A stretch of 64,000 nt of DNA from Macrostomum hystrix (lineage: Eukaryota; Animalia; Platyhelminthes): positions 25,296,001-25,360,000 of the forward strand of contig CATNEN010000001.1 in the NCBI GenBank assembly GCA_950097015.1. Reading direction: 5' to 3'. The notes beneath the pieces are model-generated. The model saw only the letters and a program-made list of their open reading frames with translations. It was not told the origin of the DNA and ran no database searches. Both the position numbers and the translations under genes were made by a program. Below, piece after piece: positions 1 to 11,430 of the stretch; position 1 is the first letter of the stretch, and each line of letters starts with the position of its first letter.

Positions 1-3000
1 ATCGAGACAGAGACAGCCGACACCACAGAAGCAGCTATTGCGCGGCGCATCTGAAGGCTGCGTACGGCCTTCAGTGGTGTGGTGTCCATGGACTGGGGGA
101 ACGCCACACCCAACCTCAATTACCCCCAGACAGTGGTGTGGTGTCCATGGACTGTGGGAACGCCACACCCAACCTCAATTACCCCCAGACAGTGGTGTGG
201 TGTCCATGGACTGGGGGAACGCCACACCCAACCTCAATTACCCCCAGACAGTGGTGTGGTGTCCATGGACTGGGGGAACGCCACACCCAACCTCAATTAC
301 CCCCAGACAATGCTGGTACCCATATAACAGCTGCATGAACTGAAGCCATGCAGAGTTAAGTGACTTGCTAGAGGGCCAAATTGTTTCAGTGGAGCCGGGA
401 ATCGAACCTCCGACCTTCAATTCGTGAGTCCGAAGCTCTAACCACAAGGCAACAACCTCGAAAAAAACTCAAAATTATTTTAATTTTCAATCATTTAAAA
501 TGAAGATTCAATCATTCAAAATGAAGATTCAATCATTCAAAATGAAGATTCAATCATTCAAACTGAAGGTTTCAATCATTCAAAATGAAGATTCAATCAT
601 TCAAAATGAAGATTCAATCATTCAAAATGAAGATTCAATCATTCAAAATGAATATTCAATCATTCAAAATGAAGATTCAATCATTCAAAATGAAGATTCA
701 ATCATTCAAAATGAAGATTCAATCATTCAAAATGAAGATTCAATCATTCAAAATGAATATTCAATCATTCAAAATGAAGATTCAATCATTCAAAATGAAG
801 ATTCAATCATTCAAAATGAAGATTCAATCATTCAAAATGAATATTCAATCATTCAAAATGAAGATTCAATCATTCAAAATGAAGATTCAATCATTCAAAA
901 TAAAGATTCAATCATTCAAAATGAAGATTCAATCATTCAAAATGAAGATTCAATCATTCAAAATGAATATTCAATCATTCAAAATGAAGATTCAATCATT
1001 CAAAATGAAGATTCAATCATTCAAAATAAAGATTCAATCATTCAAAATGAAGATTCAATCATTCAAAATGAAGATTCAATCATTCAAAATGAAGATTCAA
1101 TCATTCAAAATGAAGATTCAATCATTCAAAATGAAGATTCAATCATTCAAAATGAAGATTCAATCATTCAAAATGAAGATTCAATCATTCAAAATGAAGA
1201 TTCAATCATTCAAAATGAAGATTCAATCATTCAAAATGAAGATTCAATCATTCAAAATGAAGGTCTCAATCATTCAATCATTAAAAAATGTCCAATCCAT
1301 CGCAGCTCACATGAGCCAGTTGCTCATTCTCGAACAGGTGCAGCGATTCGGAGCCGAAGTACTGCAGGCGAGTGTCCTCATTGGAGCAGTACGGTGCCAC
1401 GAACACCCCGGACTCGGCCAGGTTGACAGGCTCAGTGCGGCCCCGCTGGAACATGCAGATCAGGCGGCTGAGATTGACGCTCGGCATGCCGTTCGGATAT
1501 TCGTCAACCACAACCACGCACGACGGCAGGCGAAGAACGAACTGGACCTCAACTTCGGTTGCATTGCTGGGCATTAGGCGGGCCATGCAGCCACGCCTGA
1601 CTGGCGAGCTTTCTGGCTCAGCGGCTGGTAGGGCCGGCTGGCCCAGCGAGAAGGCGATGAGCTGGCCGAGACGCAGCAGCTGGAAATCCTCGCTAGGCTC
1701 CAGGATGCTGCGAAGCACCTGCGAGACAGTCTGGCCGCGAACCTGGTTCAAGGCCTCGTGAAGGATGGCCGACTGCGGATTGCGGAATGTGCGCTGGTGA
1801 AAGCTGATTGGTGGGAAGAGGGTGACAGCTGATTGGTGGGCAGAGAGTGACAGCTGATTGGTGGGCAGAGGGTGACAGCTGATTGGTTGGCAAAGGGTGA
1901 CAGCTGATTGGTTGGCAGAGGGTGACAGCTGATTGGTGGGCAGAGGTTGGCAGTTGATTGGTGGGCAGAGGTTGGCAGTTGATTGGTGGGCAGAGGGTGA
2001 ATGCTGATTGGTGGGCAGAGGGTGGCAGCTGATTGGAGGGCAGAGGTTGGCAGTTTATTGGTGGGCAGAGGGTGAATGCTGATTGGTGGCAGAGGGTGGC
2101 AGCTGATTGGAGGGCAGAGGTTGGCAGTTTATTGGTGGGCAGAGGGTGAATGCTGATTGGTGGCAGAGGGTGGCAGCTGATTGGAGGGCAGAGGTTGGCA
2201 GTTTATTGGTGGGCAGAGGGTGAATGCTGATTGGTGGCAGAGGGTGGTAGCTGATTGGTGGGCAGAGGTTGGCAGTTTATTGGTTGGCAGAGGGTGAATG
2301 CTGATTGGTGGCAGAGGGTGGTAGCTGATTGGTGGGCAGAGGTTGGCAGTTTATTGGTGGGCAGAGGGTGAATGCTGATTGGTGGCAGAGGGTGAATGCT
2401 GATTGGTGGCAGAGGGTGGTAGCGGATTGGTGGGCAGAGGTTGGCAGTTGATTGGTGGGCAGAGGGTGGCAGCTGATTGGAGGGCATAGGTTGGCAGTTT
2501 ATTGGTTGGCAGAGGGTGAATGCTGATTGACGGCAGAGGGTGGCAGCGGTACATGTGTGGGCCCTCACCGTACTCTCGAACTGGTCGAGCTGTGTCATGC
2601 CTGCCAGATCAAGCAGCCGATGGTAGCCCCTGCAGACGTCGCCGCGATATTTGGTGCCAAACCGGTCGATATAGCTATTCACAATGTGCCGCCTGGGCTG
2701 GAAGGTGGGAGAAAAGTACACTTCGAACTTGGAGTCGCGCAGGGTGGAGTGCAGGTCTCTGTCCAGAGTGTCGGCGGTCACAAAGCAGCCGGGCTGCATG
2801 TAGCGGCGCAGCGAGTCGTTCTGCATCGACCGGACCAGAGCGCAGAGGGTGTGGCGCATGTCGGCAAATCGGTCGTTACTGTTGGCGACGATTGTCAGAC
2901 TGGCCACGCTCGCCTGGAGGTCGGGGGAAGGGTTCGGTTTGCTTCTGGTCAGCTCGGATGCTCACATTGAAATTAGGGAGTGATCAGAGAGGCATGCAAA

Positions 3001-4013
3001 CTTTTCAGTACGATAATAGGTGCTCAGATGAATAAGTAATGTTAGAGTGGATTGCGGAGTGCTCAGTTAGATGAGGAGTGCTCAGTTAGATGAGGAGTGC
3101 TCAGTTAGATGAGGAGTGCTCAGTTAGATGAGGAGTGCTCAGTTAGATGGGGAGTGCTCAGTTAGATGAGGAGTGCTCAGTTAGATGAGGAGTGCTCAGT
3201 TAGATGAGGAGTGCTCAGTTAGATGGGGAGTGCTCAGTTAGATGAGGAGTGCTCAGTTAGATGAGGAGTGCTCAGTTAGATGAGGAGTGCACAGTTAGAT
3301 GAGGAGTGCTCAGTTAGATGAGGAGTGCTCAGTTAGATGAGGAGTGCTCAGTTAGATGAGGAGTGCTCAGTTAGATGAGAAGTGCTCAGTTAGATGAGGA
3401 GTGCTCAGTTAGATGAGGAGTGCTCAGTTAGATGAGGAGTGCTCAGTTAGATGGGGAGTGTTCAGTTAGATGAGGAGTGCTCAGTTAGATAGGGAGTGCT
3501 CAGTTAGATGAGGAGTGCTGAGTCAGATGAGGAGTGCACAGGTGGATAAGTGTTTAGTAAAATTGGGAGTGCTCAGTTAGATGACAAGTGCTCAGAAAAA
3601 AGAAGAGTGCTTAAACTTGAATTTGACAGTTGCCATAATGTGCTTACTAATGAGTGTATTTTTTAACATTTTTAATCAGAAAAATGGGAGAATTTTTATA
3701 CCAACCTCACTGCTTTCAAAAAACAGAAACTTCAAATCCTCAGCATTAGCTAGCAGTCTCTGCTGCAAGTGTGGCTCCAACACACCAGCCAGGACAGTCA
3801 ATGCTGCCATACTATCTTCTTTTATTAAGTTGGTCACAGCTTCAAGAAAGCAAGCGAGAGCCGCGTGTGACACTGAGCAGCTGTTGAAATAGTCTAAAAT
3901 GACATTGTCAAAGATTGGTGGATTGGCTCCAATGTCATTTTCTGGCTCAACCAGAAGCCGCTCTGTTTCAAAGATCTCAATGGGTTTTTCTAGTTTCTTT
4001 GAATTCATGTCGG
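1..4013 (-). CDS. Uncharacterised multi-exon protein-coding gene (partial; 5' exons unresolved, 3' end beyond window)
   Basis: Phase-compatible exons with canonical splice sites: 4013-3706 (ttttccag|..|gttggt), 2913-2569 (ctccag|..|gtgag), 1772-1311 (ccgcag|..|gtgag) and probably 50-1 (ttcag|). They join into about 390 aa of open, non-repetitive sequence (..FLEAVTNLIKEDSMAALTVLAGVLEPHLQQRLL..HIVNSYIDRFGTKYRGDVCRGYHRLLDLAG..SAILHEALNQVRGQ..). A further upstream exon may lie near 4575-4710. No family recognised. Confidence 0.7.
72..309. repeat. 59-bp tandem repeat x4
   Basis: Unit CAGTGGTGTGGTGTCCATGGACTGGGGGAACGCCACACCCAACCTCAATTACCCCCAGA starts at 72, 131, 190 and 249. Confidence 0.95.
310..459 (-). 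mobile_element. tRNA-derived SINE with CORE-like segment (family A, copy 1)
   Basis: Minus strand shows a tRNA-like head with B-box GGTTCGATTCC, followed by GCAAGTCACTTAACTCT..TCAGTT..GCTGTTATATGGG, which resembles the MIR/CORE domain. A homologous copy lies at 27781-27919. Confidence 0.7.
486..1282. repeat. 21-bp minisatellite (TCATTCAAAATGAAGATTCAA)n, intronic
   Basis: Direct reading; it explains the SIIQNED and MKIQSFK pseudo-ORFs. Confidence 0.97.
1795..2550. repeat. ~25-26-bp G-rich minisatellite (GGCAGAGGGTGACAGCTGATTGGTG-type), intronic
   Basis: Variant tandem units fill intron 1773-2568 of the minus-strand gene. Confidence 0.95.
3040..3595. repeat. 19-bp minisatellite (GAGTGCTCAGTTAGATGAG)n, intronic
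   Basis: Direct reading. Confidence 0.97.
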
Positions 4014-4969
4014 CTGGAAAAAAAAATTGATTCTTTTTTTAATAAAGTAAGTAAACATTTTAGCAAGAAAACTATGTCTATTGTGAATTATAACTTGTTT
4101 AGAGAAAGAAGTCAATCTAATTGCCAAAAATGTTAGTAGTAGGGCCTAGTAGCTTTAGTCTAGTACTCTAGTAGACACTTCAAATTTATTTAAGTATGCA
4201 AAATATTTTTTATACAGACGATTTTAAGTGCCTATAGAGCTTTTATAGACTAGGCCTACCACTTAAAAATAATAAAGCTTGCAATTGGTGTAATTTCTAT
4301 AGTTACATATTGGTGTAATAGAAATAGGCTGTAGTCCGATTTTTCACTAAGACAGCAATACTTTGTGCTACTTATGTCGTGGACAAATGCATAACATGGC
4401 AAACAAATAACAAAACTAAGAATTATAAAGCCGCAATCAGAGTATCGCCAAAATATTGTTAACAGGAAAAAAACATAGAAGTTCAAAAAAGGTTTACAAA
4501 TTATCATAAAACAATCGCAAAGAAATGTTGAGGCAGAAAATCGTAAAATAATATAACATGGAGATCGCAGTTACTTCAATATTAAATTTATAGCATTCTG
4601 TCCTATACGGAACTAGAACCGACAAAAAATGTAAAAGCGATGCGGATGCTGCTGCATCAATATAAACGTAACTTTTAGGTAAAGTTAAAAGGCTGCTAGA
4701 TGAGCCCAACGTTAATAATCAAAACAAATAATACTTAGATTGAATTTAAATATACCCCAACTTTAAAGGAACCTCTTAATTTAGTGTTTGGTAACCCTTA
4801 AACGTACACAAAAATTTGATTTTTTTGGATATAAGATAGCAATAAGCTAACCAAAATGTTACTAAGCGACACAGAAAATTTAAATCGTGATTTTTTTCTT
4901 TTGAAGGATTAATATCACAATTGTCATACAATAAGTTTCAATCGTAGCGTTAAAGAAAAATATAACGAG

Positions 4970-7486
4970 ATGTCTATCATTCCACCAAATCAGAGTCTCG
5001 TGAAGTATGACAATCCGGTCCTTGTTAGCAGGAACACTGACAAGAAGACACCTAAGGTATGCTTATAATTTGTCTTGTTAAATCTAGTTGCAACGTTAAA
5101 CTGGCAGTTATCATACTCGGAGGCAACTGCATGGTTTTGAGAGTTATCTTGAATGAGCTATTAGAAATTGAGATATAACAGAAAAAATCTCGATTTTCTG
5201 TTTCATTTGTAGTAACTGCTGCCCAAAATAAATGATATATTTTTGGAAAATTGAAAAAACATTTGTTTTGAAATGGTGCTTCAAGTTTAAAGCTAGAATT
5301 TCTCGTATCATTTTTCTAAAGAAATAATATTTATGTCGTTCCCGCAAAAATATTATTAAATCAAAAAACTTAAAAACTGTTTAGGAAACAACATAATCGA
5401 GGGTAACTAACCTCAAAATCTGGAACAAGAGCAAAATTAATTATAGAACATAAGACAAAAAATTAATTATAAAGTTCAAAAACTCTTAAGTTAAAAACAT
5501 TCAGGCAATATTAATGCGTCTTAAATTTCTAGAGCAAAGCATTGAAAGTGACAGCGCAGCAGTCTGGCGACTCAGGACCGGTGCCCTCGCCGCCGCCGAA
5601 AGGCAAACTGCCGCCAGTTGGCGGAAAACCAACTGAGCAGACCGAGGAGATTCTCAACTCGATCCTGCCGCCAAGGTAGAGTGAACTTTTTGCTAGCCTA
5701 AGTTAAAAAACTCGATTGCTTAAGAACATCCGTTAAGTCTAAGCCGCCCCACCAAAATCAATGCAGGGAGTGGACTGAGAATGGCCAGCTCTGGGTGCAG
5801 CAGGTATCCTCGACGCCGGCCACCCGTCTCGACGTGGTGAACCTGCAGGAGGAGCTGGACAGGCGCCTTCAGCAGCGCCAGGCGCGAGAGACCGGCATCT
5901 GCCCGGTGCGTCGCGAGCTCTACTCCCAGATCTTCGACGAGCTCATCCGCCAGGTGACCATCAACTGCGCCGAGCGCGGCCTCCTGCTGCTGCGGGTGCG
6001 GGACGAGATCCGCATGACCATCGCCGCCTACCAGACCCTGTACGAGTCCAGCGTGGCCTTCGGCATGCGCAAGGCTCTGCAGGCTGAGCAGGGGAAGATG
6101 GACATGAAGCGCGAGATTGACGAGCTCAAGCAGGACAAGCAGGAGCTGGAGAAGCAGGTTAACGAGCTCAAGGCTAAGTGCGAGCAGATTGAGAAGCGAG
6201 CCGCCGAGCAGCGCCAGGTGGACGAGAAGAAGCACCAGGATGAGCTGCAGTTCCTCAAGAAGACCAACCAGCAGCTCAAGGTGAGGAACTCGTTAAGCAA
6301 ATTGGCTTTTTAATTTACATTTCTTTCAAGCTGCAATAGTAGTGGAGCCCCCATGGTAGTGGAGCCCCCATGGTAGTGGAGCCCCCATGGTAGTGGAGCC
6401 CCCATGGAAGTGGAGCTCCGTGGTAGTGGACCCCCCGTGGTAGTGGAGCCCCCGTGGCAGTGGAGCCCCCATGGTAGTGGAGCCCCCGTGATAGTGGACC
6501 CCCCATGGTAGTGGCGCCCCCATGGTAGTGGAGCCCCCATGGTAGTGGAGCTCCGTGGTAGTGGACCCCCGTGGTAGTGGAGCCCCCGTGGCAGTGGAGC
6601 CCCCATGGTAGTGGAGCCCCGTGATAGTGGACCCCCCATGGTAGTGGAGCCCCCATGGTAGTGGAGCCCCCATGGTAGTGGAGCTCCGTGGTAGTGGACC
6701 CCCCGTGGTAGTGGAGCCCCCGTGGCAGTGGAGCCCCCATGGTAGTGGAGCCCCGTGATAGTGGACCCCCCATGGTAGTGGCGCCCCCAGAGGCGCGGCG
6801 TCCCCTTAGAAAAAAATCCTAGCTGGGGGAAAAAATCCCGAGTCCATGGACTGTACAGGTTTTTCTGGACTCGCTGTGCAATAGCTGCAACTGTGTCCTT
6901 AGTCCAGCTTTGTTATTTATTCCAGTTTGTTAAATACAAGTCTACAATAGTATTTATTAAAATAATCCTTTCCATGACCGTAACTAGCTACTACAATGAG
7001 TAATACAACAGGCGACTGCAAGCAGCTCATTGCGACTAAATTAATAACAAACAAAACACTCTGTTGTAACATTTCATAATCGCCTGCTTCTCAGATAATT
7101 CTAGGCAGATATGAAAAAGAGTCAGAGGTATAGCTCGAGTTGCCGCTGTGAATTTCGTCTTAAAATTTCCTCCAGAAAGTAAAATTTTATTGTATCACAA
7201 TTTAAACAAATAAATCACATGTTTCAAAAAAAGTAATAACAAAAAGCATTTATTCACGTGAAAAGTTGTTTAAATAAAGCGAAAGCGGGCATGTATTTTT
7301 CCTTGCTTTTTTATCCTCGTTTTCAACCAGTTTTAAATTCCTAAATGTCAAAGCGAACGGAAACAAACAAGCACTTCACTTTTCCTTCCTGAGTCTCAAA
7401 TAGAAGGGAAATTGTAAATTGTAAATCATCTTCGCCTCATCGAATTTCAGAACCAGCTGGAAGGCATCATCGCCCCAAAGAAGTGA
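4970..7486 (+). CDS. DNALI1: Axonemal dynein light intermediate chain 1 (p28)
   Basis: Exons 4970-5056 (MSIIPPNQSLVKYDNPVLVSRNTDKKTPK), 5533-5675 (..TEEILNSILPPR), 5767-6280 (EWTENGQLWVQQVSSTPATRLDVVNLQEELDRRLQQRQARETGICPVRRELYSQIFDELIRQVTINCAERGLLLLRVRDEIRMT..) and 7451-7486 (NQLEGIIAPKK*). All introns are GT-AG with matching phases; the sequence is hallmark p28 family. Confidence 0.97.
6338..6790. repeat. ~17-bp minisatellite (GGTAGTGGAGCCCCCAT)n in DNALI1 intron 3
   Basis: Direct reading. Confidence 0.95.
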
Positions 7487-7954
7487 GCAGGCTCAAACTG
7501 GGAAATTTGAGAACAATAACAGGCTGGCTAGGCACACCGAGCCGCCATTCAATGCTGTGTTTATTTGTTTATCTTTTCTGTGAGTTTTCGCGCGAATTCA
7601 AAACTGGCAGACCGACTGGACTGTGGATCTAAAAACTAAAATTGTGATTTAAAATTGTGCGTTTTTCTTGAATTTATTTTTTTCTGTCTGAAACTCGTGT
7701 TTTAAACAATGGTTAACCATTTTGAAACCAAATATCTGTAAGTTAGAATCATATCGTTTTTTACTTCGTATCGTCGAGAGGTCGTTCTGAAATAGAGAAA
7801 AATATAGAAATACAGGCTTGTTTTTTAACAGAGCATAGGACGCTTATGTCTTTGCGTAAATCCTGCAGCAAATACTGTGTTTCAGATTTTTTATTTTAAC
7901 CATCTGGTCTTTCAAATGGTCGGGTCTCTTCGTCTAACACAATCTTCGAATTAG

Positions 7955-8660
7955 TTTTCCTAGATCCCAAACCGATGATCCCTTTGCTCTCCCAGATCCC
8001 AAACCGATGGTCCCTTAGTTCTCCCAGATCCCTATAATCCCCATGGTCCCTTAGTTCTCCCAGGTCCCTATAATCCCCATGGTCCCTTAGTTCTCCCAGA
8101 TCCCTATAATCCCCATGGTCCCTTAGTTCTCCCAGATCCCTATAATCCCCATGGTCCCTTAGTTCTCCCAGATCCCTATAATCCCCATGGCCCCTTAGTT
8201 CTCCCAGATCCCTATAATCCCCATGGTCCTTAGTCCTCCCAGATCCCTATAAGCCCCATGGTCCCTATGTTCTCCCAGATCCCTATAATCCCCATGGTCC
8301 TTAGTCCTCCCAGATCCCTATAATCCCCATGGTCCTTAGTTCTCTCAGATCCCTATAATCCCCATGGTCCCTTAGTTCTTCCAGATCCCTATAATCCCCA
8401 TGGTCCATATGTTCTCCCAGATCCCTATAATCCCCATGGTCCTTAGTCCTCTCAGATCCCTATAATCCCCATGGTCCCTATGTTCTCCCAGATCCCTATA
8501 ATCCCCATGGTCCTTAGTTCTCCCAGATCCCTATAATCCCCATGGTCCCTTAGTCCTCCCAGCTCCCTATTATCCCCATGGTCCCTTTAGTTCTCCCAGA
8601 TCCCAGAATTGGCATGGTCCCTCTGTCCAGCCCAGATCCTCAAATCCCATGGTCCCTTAT
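7955..8660. repeat. ~36-bp minisatellite (CTCCCAGATCCCTATAATCCCCATGGTCCCTTAGTT)n
   Basis: Direct reading; shares the CTCCCAGATCC core with the 29-bp arrays at 41-59 kb. Confidence 0.95.
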
Positions 8661-9349
8661 GCCAGATCTTAAAATCAAAGAGGCCTTTTAAACAAGGACT
8701 CGGGACTCAAGAGACTGAAAGTCTGGCAAATAGGCAGCTGCTAGTTAGTTTCAGTAATTTTCACAAAGCTGAAATCTCAATCTTAGCTTTGATTTAAACT
8801 GAGCCGTGGGACCATATGGAGCAGGCTTTAGCACCTGTAATTATCTCAACGAGAGCTTTGAATGCCTCTACCTACACAGGTGGACAAAAAACTGGAAATT
8901 GCTGCTAGGACGGGCAAACACGAGGGACGCTGCGAGGTTGGTGAGATTCTGCTCTTTCGGCACGGCTGCTAACAGCTAATGGGATGGGAGATATTAGCTG
9001 GTCACAACTCTCACGGCCAGTCACTAAGGCCCCTCTAATTTGCCTAACTTCAGACTCAAACTAGTACTCACAGAGAGGAAGAAACTTATTATTACCATTA
9101 AATTTATTATTTGCCTATGTATGAGGTGAAACAAACGAAAGCTTCCTTTCAGGTTAATAACGAAATAAATGTGGTTTGTATCTGGTACTTCTTGTGTACA
9201 TGTGCAATTAATAATATTAGATTTTTGTTATTAAGCTTCATATCGGAATACAGGATATGCTACAAGGCTTTTGTCTGTCAGAGCTGCCTCGAAATTGATG
9301 GAGGAAATGTTATAAATAGGCTTTATCTGATAATCTAAGTTTTACGAAT

Positions 9350-11430
9350 GTCTGTTGTCTGTGTTGTGAAGTGTCTGTGTTGTGAAGTGTCTGTGTGTTG
9401 TGAAGTGTCTGTGGTGAAGTGTCTGTGTGCTGTGAAGTGTCTGTGTTGTGAAGTGTCTGTGTGCTGTGAAGTGTCTGTGTTGTGAAGTGTCTGTGTGTTG
9501 TGAAGTGTCTGTGTGTTGTGAAGTGTCTGTGTTGTAAAGTGTGTGTACTGTGAATGTGTCTGTGTCGTCAAGTGTGTGTCGTGAAGTGCATGTTGTGAAG
9601 TGTGTGTGTTGTGAAGTGTCTGTGTGTTGTGAAGTGTCTGTGTGTTGTGAAGTGTCTGTGTGTTGTGAAGTGTCTGTGTGTTGTGAAGTGTCTGTGTGTT
9701 GTGAAGTGTCTGTGTGTTGTGAAGTGTCTGTGTTGTGAAGTGTCTGTGTGTTGTGAAGTGTCTGTGTTGTGAAGTGTCTGTGTGTTGTGAAGTGTCTGTG
9801 TGTTGTGAAGTGTCTGTGTGTTGTGAAGTGTCTGTGTTGTGAAGTGTCTGTGTTGTGAAGTGTCTGTGTGTTGTGAAGTGTCTGTGGTGAAGTGTCTGTG
9901 TGCTGTGAAGTGTCTGTGTTGTGAAGTGTCTGTGTGTTGTGAAGTGTCTGTGTGTTGTGAAGTGTCTGTGTTGTGAAGTGTCTGTGTGTTGTGAAGTGTC
10001 TGTGTGTTGTGAAGTGTCTGTGTTGTAAAGTGTGTGTACTGTGAATGTGTCTGTGTCGTCAAGTGTGTGTCGTGAAGTGCATGTTGTGAAGTGTGTGTGT
10101 TGTGAAGTGTCTGTGTGTTGTGAAGTGTCTGTGTGTTGTGAAGTGTCTGTGTGTTGTGAAGTGTCTGTGGTGAAGTGTCTGTGTGCTGTGAAGTGTCTGT
10201 GTTGTGAAGTGTCTGTGTGCTGTGAAGTGTCTGTGTTGTGAAGTGTCTGTGTGTTGTGAAGTGTCTGTGTGTTGTGAAGTGTCTGTGTTGTAAAGTGTGT
10301 GTACTGTGAATGTGTCTGTGTCGTCAAGTGTGTGTCGTGAAGTGCATGTTGTGAAGTGTGTGTGTTGTGAAGTGTCTGTGTGTTGTGAAGTGTCTGTGTG
10401 TTGTGAAGTGTCTGTGTGTTGTGAAGTGTCTGTGTGTTGTGAAGTGTCTGTGTTGTGAAGTGTCTGTGTGTTGTGAAGTGTCTGTGTTGTGAAGTGTCTG
10501 TGTTGTGAAGTGTCTGTGTGTTGTGAAGTGTCTGTGGTGGTGTCTGTGTGCTGTGAAGTGTCTGTGTTGTGAAGTGTCTGTGTGTTGTGAAGTGTGTGTG
10601 CTGTGAATGTGTGTGTGTTGTGAAGTGTCTGTGTGTTGTGAAGTGTCTGTGTGTTGTGAAGTGTCTGTGTTGTGAAGTGTCTGTGTTGTGAAGTGTCTGT
10701 GTGTTGTGAAGTGTCTGTGGTGAAGTGTCTGTGTGCTGTGAAGTGTCTGTGTTGTGAAGTGTCTGTGTGTTGTGAAGTGTCTGTGTGTTGTGAAGTGTCT
10801 GTGTTGTGAAGTGTCTGTGTGTTGTGAAGTGTCTGTGTGTTGTGAAGTGTCTGTGTTGTAAAGTGTGTGTACTGTGAATGTGTCTGTGTCGTCAAGTGTG
10901 TGTCGTGAAGTGCATGTTGTGAAGTGTGTGTGTTGTGAAGTGTCTGTGTGTTGTGAAGTGTCTGTGTGTTGTGAAGTGTCTGTGTGTTGTGAAGTGTCTG
11001 TGTGTTGTGAAGTGTCTGTGTTGTGAAGTGTCTGTGTGTTGTGAAGTGTCTGTGTGTTGTGAAGTGTCTGTGTTGTGAAGTGTCTGTGTGTTGTGAAGTG
11101 TCTGTGTGTTGGGAAGTGTCTGTTTGTTGTGAAGTGTCTGTGTTGTGAAGTGTCTGTGTGTTGTGAAGTGTCTGTGTGTTGGGAAGTGTCTGTGTGTTGT
11201 GAAGTGTCTGTGTTGTGAAGTGTCTGTGTCGTGAAGTGTGTGTCGTGAAGTGTCTGTTGTAAAGTGTGTATTGGGAATTACAGTGTTGTGAAGTGTCTGT
11301 GTGTTGTGAAGTGTCTGTGTTGTGAAGTGTCTGTGTTGTGAAGTGTCTGTGTTGTAAAGTGTGTGTGCTGTGAATGTGTGTGTGTTGTGAAGTGTCTGTG
11401 TCGTGAAGTGTGTGTCGTGAAGTGTCTGTT
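9350..11430. repeat. 16/18-bp TG-rich minisatellite (TGTGAAGTGTCTGTG[TG]T)n with irregular higher-order blocks
   Basis: Direct reading; a variant marker block (..GTACTGTGAATG..GTCAAG..GTGCATG) recurs at about 9533, 10024, 10289 and 10857. Confidence 0.95.

Noticed and set aside
72-309. Regularly spaced repeats resembling a CRISPR array (also 3040-3595, 18420-19422, 56333-59818)
   Set aside because: Units are head-to-tail with no unique spacers, there are no cas genes, and the context is eukaryotic introns.
310-459. Functional tRNA gene (CAC anticodon-like loop); likewise 27781-27919 and 54592-54670
   Set aside because: The acceptor stem does not pair, there is no Pol III terminator right after the head, and the tRNA-like part continues into a repeated body, which indicates a SINE.
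500-1577. Long repetitive ORFs here and at 9335-10895, 13520-14375, 14596-16902, 33830-35297, 53303-54671 and 60566-61249
   Set aside because: They are translations of stop-free minisatellites, open in several frames or strands, and often lie inside introns of real genes.
4494-4709. Apparent myristoylation start MGSSSS and faint Niban/FAM129-like resemblance of gene 1
   Set aside because: The first codon is TTG, not ATG, and the similarity (FLEAV..LQ..LL) is too short to support a family call.
4780-5130. RFX X-box upstream of or inside DNALI1 (GGTAAC, GTTGCAAC, GGCAAC)
   Set aside because: Only half-sites are present; there is no full GTNRCC-N-RGYAAC palindrome.
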